From positions 1 to 29,311 of the forward strand of contig JAQTTP010000009.1 in NCBI GenBank assembly GCA_028710695.1: a stretch of 29,311 nt of DNA, given 5' to 3'. Under the pieces are notes generated by a model. It did not search any database, had not been told where the DNA came from, and worked only from the letters and a program-made list of their open reading frames with translations. The position numbers were made by a program, and so were the translations under genes. Shown here piece after piece: positions 1 to 7,561 of this stretch. The stretch is from Candidatus Iainarchaeum sp. GTDB taxonomy: Archaea > Iainarchaeota > Iainarchaeia > Iainarchaeales > 0-14-0-20-30-16. The stretch's first letter is position 1. The number at the start of each line of letters is the position of its first letter.

Positions 1-1689
1 ACTGGAACTGTAACCAAAGGTAAAATGACTGTAAACAAAATATTTTCGGACGGTAATTTGATTGATGTTGGCGGGGCTGGCTATGAAGCTACTGGAGACT
101 TTTTGTGCGATGGTAAAAAAATAAATGTATCTAAAAGTCCAAATTTAAAATTATTATTCAAAACAGCTATTATTTGTAATGATTCAAAGATAGAACGAAT
201 GGGTGTGGATAGAGAGTATAGTATTATGGGGTTACCGACCGAATCAGCATTATTAATAATGGCTGCAAAGGCAAATTTGTTTAGAGAAGATTTGAAATTT
301 ATAAGGTTGGAAGAAATACCTTTCAGCTCCGAAAGAAAATTAATGTCTGTGCTATCTGTAGAGGATAATGTGAATTATGTTTATGTAAAAGGTGCACCAG
401 ATATTTTGTTAAAAAAATGTAAGTTTGTATATAAAAATAAAAAACTTATAAAATTAACTGAACATGAAAGACAAAAAATTTTAGATATTAACAAAAAACT
501 TACTTTGGAAAGTTATAGGTCTTTGGCATTGGCTTATAAACAAACAAAATCTTCTGACAAAAATTGTTTTGAGAACGATTTAATTTTCTTGGGAATTGTA
601 GGTTTAGAAGATCCGCCCCGGGACGGAATTAAAGAGACATTAGCGCTGTGTAAAACTGCAGGGATAAAAGTAAAAATGATCACTGGTGATGATAGAAATA
701 CCGCTCTTGCTATTGCGAATCAAATTGGTCTTGAAGGTGGAATTCTTGTTGGTGAAGAAATAGATAAGTTAACTGATGACGAGTTTTTAAATGTAGTAAA
801 AGAGATTGTGATTTTTGCAAGAGTTAAACCTGAACACAAGTTAAGAATAGTTAAAGCTCTGAAACAAAATGGCGAAATAGTAACTATGACTGGAGATGGA
901 GTAAATGATGCCCCCGCATTGAAAGAAGCACACATTGGGGTGGCAATGGGAAAAAATGGAACTGATGTCTCAAGAGAAGCAGCAGATTTAACATTGAAAG
1001 ACGACAATTTTTCGACAATTGTTTCTGCAATTAGTGAGGGCAGAACGGTGTTTAATAATATTAGAAAGTTTTTAACTTATCAACTCTCCTGTAATTATGC
1101 AGAATTGATGATTATTTTTATTGCAATAGTTATTGGCTTACCACTGCCTCTTTTAGCTCTACAAATACTATTTATGAACTTAGTTACTGATGACTTGCCC
1201 GCAATAACTTTGGGGCTTAATCCTCAGTCTAAAGATGTGATGAAAGTAAAGCCAAGGCAAAAGGCAAACCTTCTTAATAAAAGATTACTAATTTTGTTAA
1301 TAATTGCTGGAACAGTCATGGCTGCAGTAACATTGGGTACTTTTTACTTTGTTCTGGAAATTTTAAACGAAGAACTTATTGTGGCTAGAACGGTGGCGTT
1401 AGTAACTTTGATTTTTTTAGAAATTGCAAATGCCTTTAACTTTAGATCCTTTAGATCTGGAGTCCATGAATTGCCTTTGTTTGCTAATAAGTACCTAATA
1501 TATGCGTCAATATTGTCTATTTTTGCAACTGTTTTGGTTGTATATACTCCCCTTAATAAAATTTTTGAAACAGCACCTTTGAGTATAACCTATTGGCTAT
1601 TTGCTTTAGTAATATCTTTTATAATAATTTTTGTATTTGATGTCTGGAAGCGGATTGTAAGAAGAAAAGGGGGTCTTTTGCCAGATTAA
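1..1689 (+). CDS. P-type ATPase, cation (Ca2+-type, IIA-like), C-terminal part; 5' end truncated by the window edge
   Basis: Frame 1 is open from base 1 and reads TGTVTKGKMTV, the tail of the DKTGT phosphorylation motif. Also present: MVTGDD-like MITGDDRNTA, TMTGDGVNDAPALKEA hinge, M5/M6 'NYAELMIIF...QILFMNLVTDDLPAITLGLNP', and six C-terminal TM segments. Confidence 0.95.
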   Translation, partial: TGTVTKGKMTVNKIFSDGNLIDVGGAGYEATGDFLCDGKKINVSKSPNLKLLFKTAIICNDSKIERMGVDREYSIMGLPTESALLIMAAKANLFREDLKFIRLEEIPFSSERKLMSVLSVEDNVNYVYVKGAPDILLKKCKFVYKNKKLIKLTEHERQKILDINKKLTLESYRSLALAYKQTKSSDKNCFENDLIFLGIVGLEDPPRDGIKETLALCKTAGIKVKMITGDDRNTALAIANQIGLEGGILVGEEIDKLTDDEFLNVVKEIVIFARVKPEHKLRIVKALKQNGEIVTMTGDGVNDAPALKEAHIGVAMGKNGTDVSREAADLTLKDDNFSTIVSAISEGRTVFNNIRKFLTYQLSCNYAELMIIFIAIVIGLPLPLLALQILFMNLVTDDLPAITLGLNPQSKDVMKVKPRQKANLLNKRLLILLIIAGTVMAAVTLGTFYFVLEILNEELIVARTVALVTLIFLEIANAFNFRSFRSGVHELPLFANKYLIYASILSIFATVLVVYTPLNKIFETAPLSITYWLFALVISFIIIFVFDVWKRIVRRKGGLLPD

Positions 1690-2093
1690 CTATCAAACCC
1701 TTGGTACAATCTTTTCTTTTCAAAATTAGTGAAGAAAGGGCTTTGCATAACCCCTTCTAGAAATATGGCCCCCATTTTCTTTCTGTTTAGTTTGTAGTCG
1801 TGAACAAACATTTCGAACATTTTTTTTGAATGGATAACTCCCAAGATACTTGTGCCCAATTCGTGCTCTTTGTTTTCGAATAGTTCTTTTAGATAAGGAT
1901 AGGCGTTCTTTTGCATTTCTACTAGGAACTTCTGTTTACTGTTTTTGAATAAATCGCCTAACGGATCAATGCTCTTCTTAGTTTGCCCAAGGAGTTTTAC
2001 ACAAGCCTTTTTTTTATAGGATGAATCTCGGCCAGTGATTTCTGTTTGGACCCAGCTTTGGAACTCATCTAAAGGCTTGCTTTCTTCGAACAT
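1686..2093 (-). CDS. hypothetical protein, 135 aa, helical and charged; convergent with and overlapping the ATPase stop (shared TTAA)
   Basis: Intact ORF filling the gap between neighbours; no motif recognised. Confidence 0.65.
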   Translation of the reverse strand: MFEESKPLDEFQSWVQTEITGRDSSYKKKACVKLLGQTKKSIDPLGDLFKNSKQKFLVEMQKNAYPYLKELFENKEHELGTSILGVIHSKKMFEMFVHDYKLNRKKMGAIFLEGVMQSPFFTNFEKKRLYQGFDS

Positions 2094-2117
2094 AATAAAA
2101 TAAGAAAGGGGGGATTA

Positions 2118-2243
2118 TTATTGTTTTTGTATTAATTTGTTCAATTCCGCCATATTCTTAAAAGGAATGCCAGTTTGTGTTTCTAAATGTTTTAATTTTT
2201 TGATATATTCGGGCTTTACTTTTTGAATTGTTTTTGTAGACAT
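2118..2243 (-). CDS. possible small ORF, 41 aa (MSTKTIQKVKPEYIKKLKHLETQTGIPFKNMAELNKLIQKQ)
   Basis: Manual reverse translation of the gap between two minus-strand genes; ATG start and TAA stop, length below the ORF-track cutoff; lysine-rich helical composition. Confidence 0.4.
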   Translation of the reverse strand: MSTKTIQKVKPEYIKKLKHLETQTGIPFKNMAELNKLIQKQ

Positions 2244-2263
2244 AATATAATTCCCTAAACGGG

Positions 2264-2845
2264 TTAATGACATCCACAATCTTTATCATCTTTACAGTCA
2301 TCATGTCCGCAGCCACAACCGCAAGAATGTTTCTGCATTTCTTCTTCTAATTCTTTCTTGCTTAGGATCTTTACTAACTTGATTTCGAAAACTAAGTCCT
2401 TGCCTGCTAAAGGGTGATTTAAAACTGCTGAAATTGTATCTTTTTCTACTTTTGTTATCTTTAGGTGCATTGGGCCCATATTTGTCATCATTTCTGTTTC
2501 TAGCCCTTCTTTAATCATGCTTTGGTCTTGGAATGCTGCTTTTGGGATCTTAACTTCCTTTGTGTTCTTTTCTCCATATGCTTCCTTTGCTTTAATAGTT
2601 ATTTCTTTTGATTTTCCTACTTCTAATCCCTTAACTGCATCATCAAATCCTTTTATTACTTGTCCAACTCCTACTTGGAACACAAGTGGCTCTCTTCCTT
2701 TAGAGGAATCAAATACCTTTCCATCAGTGAATTTTCCCGTGTATTCAACTGCTACATAATCATTATTTACTGGTTTCCCTGCTTTTGTAGGTGTTAAGTC
2801 CTTTTTCTCTACTTTCTTTTCTACTTTCTTTTTATTACCTGCCAT
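2264..2845 (-). CDS. FKBP-type peptidyl-prolyl cis-trans isomerase (SlyD-like) with Cys/His-rich C-terminal tail; ORF track start 2860 is a TTG, ATG (MAGNKK) at 2845 preferred
   Basis: VEYTGKFTDGKVFDSS..., FQVGVGQVIKGFDDAVKGLEVGKSKEITIKAKEAYGE, flap-insert 'GLETEMMTNMGPMHLKITKVEKDTISAVLNHPLAGKDLVFEIKLV', tail HSCGCGCGHDDCKDDKDCGCH. Confidence 0.93.
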   Translation of the reverse strand: MAGNKKKVEKKVEKKDLTPTKAGKPVNNDYVAVEYTGKFTDGKVFDSSKGREPLVFQVGVGQVIKGFDDAVKGLEVGKSKEITIKAKEAYGEKNTKEVKIPKAAFQDQSMIKEGLETEMMTNMGPMHLKITKVEKDTISAVLNHPLAGKDLVFEIKLVKILSKKELEEEMQKHSCGCGCGHDDCKDDKDCGCH

Positions 2846-2896
2846 CCGAATCAACTCCAATTTATTTATATAATTAGTTTACCAAAGTTTTAAATT

Positions 2897-3484
2897 ATGT
2901 GCTCAAATAAAGTTATATCTATGGATGCATATACACACGGCAGATTCCAACCTTTTCATAAGGGCCACTTAAAATTTGTGCTATATCTGCTTGGAAAGTA
3001 TGATATTTTGTATATTGGAATTTCCAACCCCCTCAGAAAAATTCCTGCTGGTTTTGAAGGTTTTTCTGAAAAGCTTAAAGAAAGTTTAGAACATGCTAGA
3101 GACCCAAGGAGTAATCCCTTTAATTATTTTGAAAGAGAGCAGATAATCTTAGACTCTTTGCGAGAAGAAGGAGTAGATCTAAGTAGAGTGAAAATTTTGC
3201 CTCATTTTGCGATTTATGAAGATAGCAATTGGTTTGAATTAATGCCTCCAAAAGAAAGCACAGTTATTGCAATTCCTGCAAAAGATGAACATCATTTCGA
3301 GAAGATAAGGGGCTATGAAAAGGTAGGATATAAAGTAGAAATAATTCCACAAATGTCTAAAGATATTTCTGGGAGTAGGGTAAGAGAATCTATTTATGCT
3401 GGCACAGAAGAATGGAAAGAAATTGTTCCTAAAGGTGCGATTCCTTTGATTGAAAAGTGGATAGAAAATGGAAAGAGCCCCTAG
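2897..3484 (+). CDS. nicotinamide-nucleotide adenylyltransferase-like nucleotidyltransferase (archaeal type)
   Basis: GRFQPFHKGHLKF (HxGH signature), 'IPAKDEHHFEKIRGYEKVGYKVEIIPQMSKDISGSRVRESI' (ISGxxVR). Confidence 0.85.
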   Translation: MCSNKVISMDAYTHGRFQPFHKGHLKFVLYLLGKYDILYIGISNPLRKIPAGFEGFSEKLKESLEHARDPRSNPFNYFEREQIILDSLREEGVDLSRVKILPHFAIYEDSNWFELMPPKESTVIAIPAKDEHHFEKIRGYEKVGYKVEIIPQMSKDISGSRVRESIYAGTEEWKEIVPKGAIPLIEKWIENGKSP

Positions 3485-3547
3485 TGGGGTTTGAACCCAC
3501 GACCTACTGCTTACAAGGCAGCCGCTCTACCACTGAGCTATGGGGGC
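3476..3547 (-). tRNA. trnT: tRNA-Thr (anticodon TGT)
   Basis: Minus strand folds: GCCCCCA TA GCTC AGTGGTA GAGC G GCTGC CTTGTAA GCAGT AGGTC GTGGG TTCAAAC CCCAC TAGGGGC T. Complete D, anticodon and T arms, with one acceptor mismatch (6:67). Confidence 0.93.
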
Positions 3548-3550
3548 CCG

Positions 3551-3669
3551 GCCTTTTTCGAAAAAAGGCTAGGTTGGCCAAAAATGACCATATCCGCAAA
3601 CCAGCTGGTTTGGGATATTCCTTATTGCACAAAAGTGCGGATTTTACTAAAAAAAGAACGAAAGTTCTT
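3551..3669. promoter_or_regulatory. non-coding region dense in inverted repeats upstream of tRNA-Thr(TGT); candidate structured RNA or leader, or operator region
   Basis: GCCTTTTT/AAAAAGGC (3551-3569); ATATCC-g-CAAACC-AGCT-GGTTTG-GGATAT (3590-3618); GCAC-AAAA-GTGC (3627-3638); AAGAAC-GAAA-GTTCTT (3654-3669); alternative pairing ATCCGCA (3592-3598)/TGCGGAT (3636-3642). Confidence 0.45.
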
Positions 3670-3742
3670 AAATTATTATATAAATTCTTTAGCTATAATT
3701 TTTTAAAGGTTCTTGTTGTTTTTATCATATTGGGGGAATAAA

Positions 3743-3973
3743 ATGGATACTAGGTCTTTAATTGTGTTTTTGTTAGGAATTGTTGTTTTTGCCTTGGGAA
3801 TATGGCTTTTATGCTATTTTTGGGCGGATCTTGTGAATATAATAAAGGGAATTATTGGAATAATTGTGATTTTTATAGGCATAGGAATTGCTTTTGCAGG
3901 TTTTATTACTATGAAAGCGAAAGCGTATATTGTTCAATATAGGTCAAATGATGACAAAGAAACGAAAGAATAA
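3743..3973 (+). CDS. small integral membrane protein (two hydrophobic segments)
   Basis: MDTRSLIVFLLGIVVFALGIWLL...IIKGIIGIIVIFIGIGIAFAGFITM; GGGGG Shine-Dalgarno-like run just upstream of ATG 3743, so the track start 3713 is likely too early. Confidence 0.7.
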   Translation: MDTRSLIVFLLGIVVFALGIWLLCYFWADLVNIIKGIIGIIVIFIGIGIAFAGFITMKAKAYIVQYRSNDDKETKE

Positions 3974-4008
3974 CAGAAAGATATATTAAGTGAAATAATG
4001 AATATTAT

Positions 4009-4599
4009 ATGGAAACGATCGGTGAGAACTTGGATATTACTACTGTTGGTGAAAAAGATAAAAGGGCATTATTAACTTTGGCAAGAAACTCAATTGAGTG
4101 GTTTGCAAAATACGGAGAAAAATACTCTCCTTCAGAATTTGAACTTTCTGATATGATGTATGAAAGAAGCGGAGTATTTGTAACTTTAATGAAGGCAGGC
4201 CAGTTGAGAGGCTGTATTGGATATATTGAGCCAATAAAAGAGATTTGGACTGCAGTAATAGACAACTCAATAAACGCAGCATTTTATGATCCTAGATTTC
4301 CACCTATTAAGCAACATGAATTAGCATCTTTGTCTATAGAGATCTCTTTGCTGAGCGATGTAAAGAGATTGGACTATGTGGATGTAAATGACCTATTGGC
4401 AAAAATAAACCGAAGAATGGGCCTAATGATAAAGAAAGGAATGCATTCAGCTACTTATCTTCCAGAAGTTTGGGAGCAGTTTAAAGACAAGGACGACTTC
4501 TTAGAGAGTTTGTGCCTAAAAGCAAGCTTACATGCAGAAGCATGGAGAAATGCTCATCCTGACATAAGCTACTATTACACTAATACCTTTAAAAGTTGA
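4009..4599 (+). CDS. AMMECR1 domain protein
   Basis: LRGCIGYIEPIKEIW, NSINAAFYDPRFPPI, LSIEISLLS, ATYLPEVWEQ, FLESLCLKASLHAEAW. Confidence 0.93.
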   Translation: METIGENLDITTVGEKDKRALLTLARNSIEWFAKYGEKYSPSEFELSDMMYERSGVFVTLMKAGQLRGCIGYIEPIKEIWTAVIDNSINAAFYDPRFPPIKQHELASLSIEISLLSDVKRLDYVDVNDLLAKINRRMGLMIKKGMHSATYLPEVWEQFKDKDDFLESLCLKASLHAEAWRNAHPDISYYYTNTFKS

Positions 4600-4624
4600 A
4601 AGACAAAATTAGGGTGTAATAAAA

Positions 4625-4666
4625 GACAAGTAAAACCAATGTAAAGGTATCAGGTTAAGCCTTGTC
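4625..4666. terminator. imperfect hairpin between convergent genes, putative terminator
   Basis: GACAAG-taa-AACC ... GGTT-aagc-CTTGTC inverted repeat in the intergenic space between the 4599 and 4677 stops. Confidence 0.35.
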
Positions 4667-4676
4667 CCCTATTTGT

Positions 4677-5282
4677 TTATTCCAAAACAATTAAAGCATC
4701 AACAACTATTGCATCTTTTTCGTTTACGAATATTGGGTTTATGTCTAGCTCCTTTAGACCTTTTATCGTGCTTGGGAGCTTTGAGATCTTTTCTAGGGCT
4801 GAATAAAGCTTGTCTGTGTTTACTCCTTTTAAAAGAGCTTGATTCTTTAAGTCCAAGGCCATCTTTTTTGCTTCAGATTTTGTAATTGGGCATAACCTAA
4901 AGGAAACATCTTTTATCTCTTCTGCGTGGCTTCCACCAACACCGAGCATGATAACATGGCCGAAAGTGAAGTCTTTTTTAATTCCAATTATGAATTCATT
5001 TCCTTGGATTTGCTCTTGAAGAAGAATTCCGTCTAATTTGATCTTTTTCTTCTTGGCGTTTTTATCCATCTCGAAAATAATAGCTTTTAACTCTTTTTCA
5101 TTCTCTGCTTTTTTTAAGAATCCAGCTCTTTTTGCATGTGGAATTTCTTTTGCAATTCCTTTTGCAAATAAAGGGAACTTTAATTTTGTATTGTAATTTT
5201 TGCTTGTGATCATTTGATGTTTTGCAATTGGCAAATATTTGGAAATAATTTTTTCAGAATCAAATTTATTCAAAACGCTCAT
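4677..5282 (-). CDS. ADP-forming acyl/acetyl-CoA synthetase beta (ATP-grasp) subunit; track start 5291 is a GTG, ATG at 5282 preferred
   Basis: KFPLFAKGIAKEIPHAKRAG, 'LQEQIQGNEFIIGIKKDFTFGHVIMLGVGG...EEIKDVSFRLCPI', 'LKELDINPIFV'. Confidence 0.88.
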   Translation of the reverse strand: MSVLNKFDSEKIISKYLPIAKHQMITSKNYNTKLKFPLFAKGIAKEIPHAKRAGFLKKAENEKELKAIIFEMDKNAKKKKIKLDGILLQEQIQGNEFIIGIKKDFTFGHVIMLGVGGSHAEEIKDVSFRLCPITKSEAKKMALDLKNQALLKGVNTDKLYSALEKISKLPSTIKGLKELDINPIFVNEKDAIVVDALIVLE

Positions 5283-5353
5283 GTTAATCACTATAAATAA
5301 GAGGGCAATGCTTTATAAGTTTTTTAGTTTTTATTATATGTTTAGGTGATTGT

Positions 5354-6667
5354 TTGTCTTTGGATAAAATATTTAACCCAAAATCTATTGCTGTTATTGG
5401 TGCTTCCCACAAAGAAGGAAAGATTGGGAATATCTTATTTTCTAATTTGCTGACTTATAAAGGAAAAGTTTATCCAGTTAATATTGAAGGCGGGCACATT
5501 CTTGGAAGAAAAGTGTACAAATCTGTGAAAGAAATAAAAGAAAAAGTTGATTTGGTAGTTATTGTTGTACCTAAGCAAGTAGTGTTTCCTGTGATGGTTG
5601 AATGTGGCCAAAAAGGGGTAAAAAATGTAGTTATTATCTCCGCAGGATTTGGAGAGTCTGGAGACAAAGAGGCAGATAGGAAATTGAAAGAGATTATTAA
5701 AAAATACAAAATAAGATTGGTTGGCCCAAATGTTGTGGGGGTTTATAATTCTCATATAAACCTAGATGCTACTTTTATGCCTGCTGGTGCTTTTGCAAGG
5801 CCCAAAAAAGGAAAAGTGTCTGTACTGTCACAATCAGGGACAATTACAGCAATTCTGATGGAGAGGTTCTTTAATGATAGAATTGGGCTATCAAAGTTTA
5901 TAAGTTATGGAAATGCCTTAGATATAAATGAAGTGGAAATTTTGGAATACTTTGAAAAAGATCCAGAAACAGATGTTATCTGTATGTATCTTGAAGAAGT
6001 TAAAAATGGAAAAAAGTTTGTTGAGTTTTTGAAAAAACACAAAAAGCCATTAATAGTACTGAAAGCAGGAATAGGAAAGAAAGGGCAAGAAGCAGTAGTA
6101 AGTCATACTGGGTCTTTAGCTGGAGATTCAAAGATCTATGATGGAATCTTTAAACAATTTGGAGTAATTCAGGCAGAAGGAATAAATGAAATGATTTTGT
6201 ATACCAAGGGCCTCCAAGTTAAACCTTACAAAGAGGCATTCATAATCACAAATGGTGGTGGTTATGGTGTTCTTTTGGCAGATGATTTTGAAAGACAAGG
6301 AATAAAGTTTTATGATTTAACAATAAAGGAAAAAGAGCAATTGAAGAAGAAGTTTAATAAGGTTGGAATGTCCTACAAGAATCCTCTTGATTTACTTGGA
6401 GATTCTGATGTAGATAGCTACCTTAAGGCTTTAGATGTTTTAAAGAAAAAGAAAAATGTTTTATTTGTTTTCGTATTTATTGGACAAGTTGGTGCTGTAA
6501 CTCTTGCAAAGCTAACTAAGTTTATGGGTGTTGTAAAAAAACATAAAATAAATTGTGTATTTTTAGATACTGACGATGAGCAAGTTGATTTTATAGAAGA
6601 TCACGGGATAGCATCATTTAACCTGCCAGAAAGTTTGGCAAAGGGAATAAGTATAAGGAAAAAATAA
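5354..6667 (+). CDS. ADP-forming acyl/acetyl-CoA synthetase alpha (CoA-binding) subunit, probable TTG start
   Basis: FNPKSIAVIGASHKEGKIGNILFSNL, VVIVVPKQVVFPVMVECGQKGVKNVVIISAGFGESG, VSVLSQSGTI, SHTGSLAGDSKIYDGIFKQFGVI (phospho-His motif); AGGTGAT ribosome-binding-like site before TTG 5354. Confidence 0.92.
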   Translation: MSLDKIFNPKSIAVIGASHKEGKIGNILFSNLLTYKGKVYPVNIEGGHILGRKVYKSVKEIKEKVDLVVIVVPKQVVFPVMVECGQKGVKNVVIISAGFGESGDKEADRKLKEIIKKYKIRLVGPNVVGVYNSHINLDATFMPAGAFARPKKGKVSVLSQSGTITAILMERFFNDRIGLSKFISYGNALDINEVEILEYFEKDPETDVICMYLEEVKNGKKFVEFLKKHKKPLIVLKAGIGKKGQEAVVSHTGSLAGDSKIYDGIFKQFGVIQAEGINEMILYTKGLQVKPYKEAFIITNGGGYGVLLADDFERQGIKFYDLTIKEKEQLKKKFNKVGMSYKNPLDLLGDSDVDSYLKALDVLKKKKNVLFVFVFIGQVGAVTLAKLTKFMGVVKKHKINCVFLDTDDEQVDFIEDHGIASFNLPESLAKGISIRKK

Positions 6668-6676
6668 GGTGAAAAT

Positions 6677-7438
6677 ATGGAACCAAGAAAACCAGGTAGA
6701 GTTAGTGGGCATGTAACAAAATTAATTTTGTCTAGAAGAGCAAGAGAAAGACATCAAATGAAAAAACAATTTGAAAAAATTATGGAAGACATGAAAAGAC
6801 GTGAGCGTGATAAGCACGCAGAAAAGATGGTTTGGGAAAGAAGAAATGATTCTGTGCATCAGCTTTCAGGATTTCTGGATGCTTGTTCTCCCGAAGAAGT
6901 GAAGTTTTATAATCGATTTATGAAAGACCATCCTGGACAAAGTATTGATGAAAGAATAATATTTGCAGAAAGAGTAGTTTCGGTAATGATTCATCTTAGG
7001 TCTTATTCTAATGCTGAACGACTTTATTTTAATAAACAAGTTAAAGAGATGGGTAAAAAAACTCCTGAAGAAAGAATTGGGTTTATTTATAGACTAAATG
7101 ATAAGATCGATGCATTTCGTGATATAAAAAATCTTAGTGCCGCCGGAAGACAATTTTTTAACAAATATTTTAGAATCCTTGTTAGAGAAAAAAAGGATCT
7201 TCCTGAAAGAATAAGAAGTTTAATTTCTGTTGCTCTTTCTTCTCAAAGCTTTTCTAAAAAAGAAAGAGATTTTTTTGATAAATTTATGTCCGATGTTGCT
7301 AAAAAGCCTATAGAAGAAAAAATAGAAAGAATGGTAGAATTAAGAAAGGTAATATTGTATTCTGAGGCCAGAGGTGAATCAATAGATGCTTTTGATACTA
7401 GTTTAATTGGCGATGAAAAAACCTGGCCTGGAAATTAA
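6677..7438 (+). CDS. uncharacterised protein with about four ~40-aa helical repeats
   Basis: Intact ORF; internal repeats SPEEVKFYNRFMKDH..IDERI / SNAERLYFNKQVKEM..TPEERI / SAAGRQFFNKYFRIL..DLPERI / SKKERDFFDKFMSDV..PIEEKI. Confidence 0.8.
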   Translation: MEPRKPGRVSGHVTKLILSRRARERHQMKKQFEKIMEDMKRRERDKHAEKMVWERRNDSVHQLSGFLDACSPEEVKFYNRFMKDHPGQSIDERIIFAERVVSVMIHLRSYSNAERLYFNKQVKEMGKKTPEERIGFIYRLNDKIDAFRDIKNLSAAGRQFFNKYFRILVREKKDLPERIRSLISVALSSQSFSKKERDFFDKFMSDVAKKPIEEKIERMVELRKVILYSEARGESIDAFDTSLIGDEKTWPGN

Positions 7439-7509
7439 GCCTTGGGTGGGAATTGAACCCACAACCTACTGCTTACGAAGCAGTTGCTCTACCATTAAGC
7501 TACAAAGGC
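7438..7509 (-). tRNA. trnT: tRNA-Thr (anticodon CGT)
   Basis: Minus strand: GCCTTTG TA GCTT AATGGTA GAGC A ACTGC TTCGTAA GCAGT AGGTT GTGGG TTCAATT CCCAC CCAAGGC T; canonical arms, with the same acceptor mismatch position (6:67) as the other tRNA-Thr. Confidence 0.93.
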
Positions 7510-7561
7510 ATAATAATTTATAGCAGGGGATATTTTTATTTAATGTAGTTGGCACAGTGAT

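Noticed and set aside
720-1007. Antisense ORFs inside confident genes (720..1007, 2517..2759, 4005..4265, 5435..5755, 8838..9257, 10203..10436, 10578..10853, 11323..11592, 13956..14408, 24228..24557, 26759..26956 and similar)
   Set aside because: They lie wholly or largely opposite well-supported coding regions with recognisable domains or strong protein-like composition; they lack domains and are expected by chance.
3476-3547. tRNA-Val or another identity, from the TAC triplet visible on the plus strand
   Set aside because: The proper 7-nt anticodon loop on the minus strand is CTTGTAA, giving anticodon TGT (Thr).
3457-3741. 95-aa ORF reading GFEPTTYCLQGSRSTTELWGPG (and 3491..3706 with PRPTAYKAAALPLSYGGP)
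   Set aside because: These are conceptual translations of the antisense of tRNA-Thr(TGT), a familiar source of spurious hypothetical proteins.
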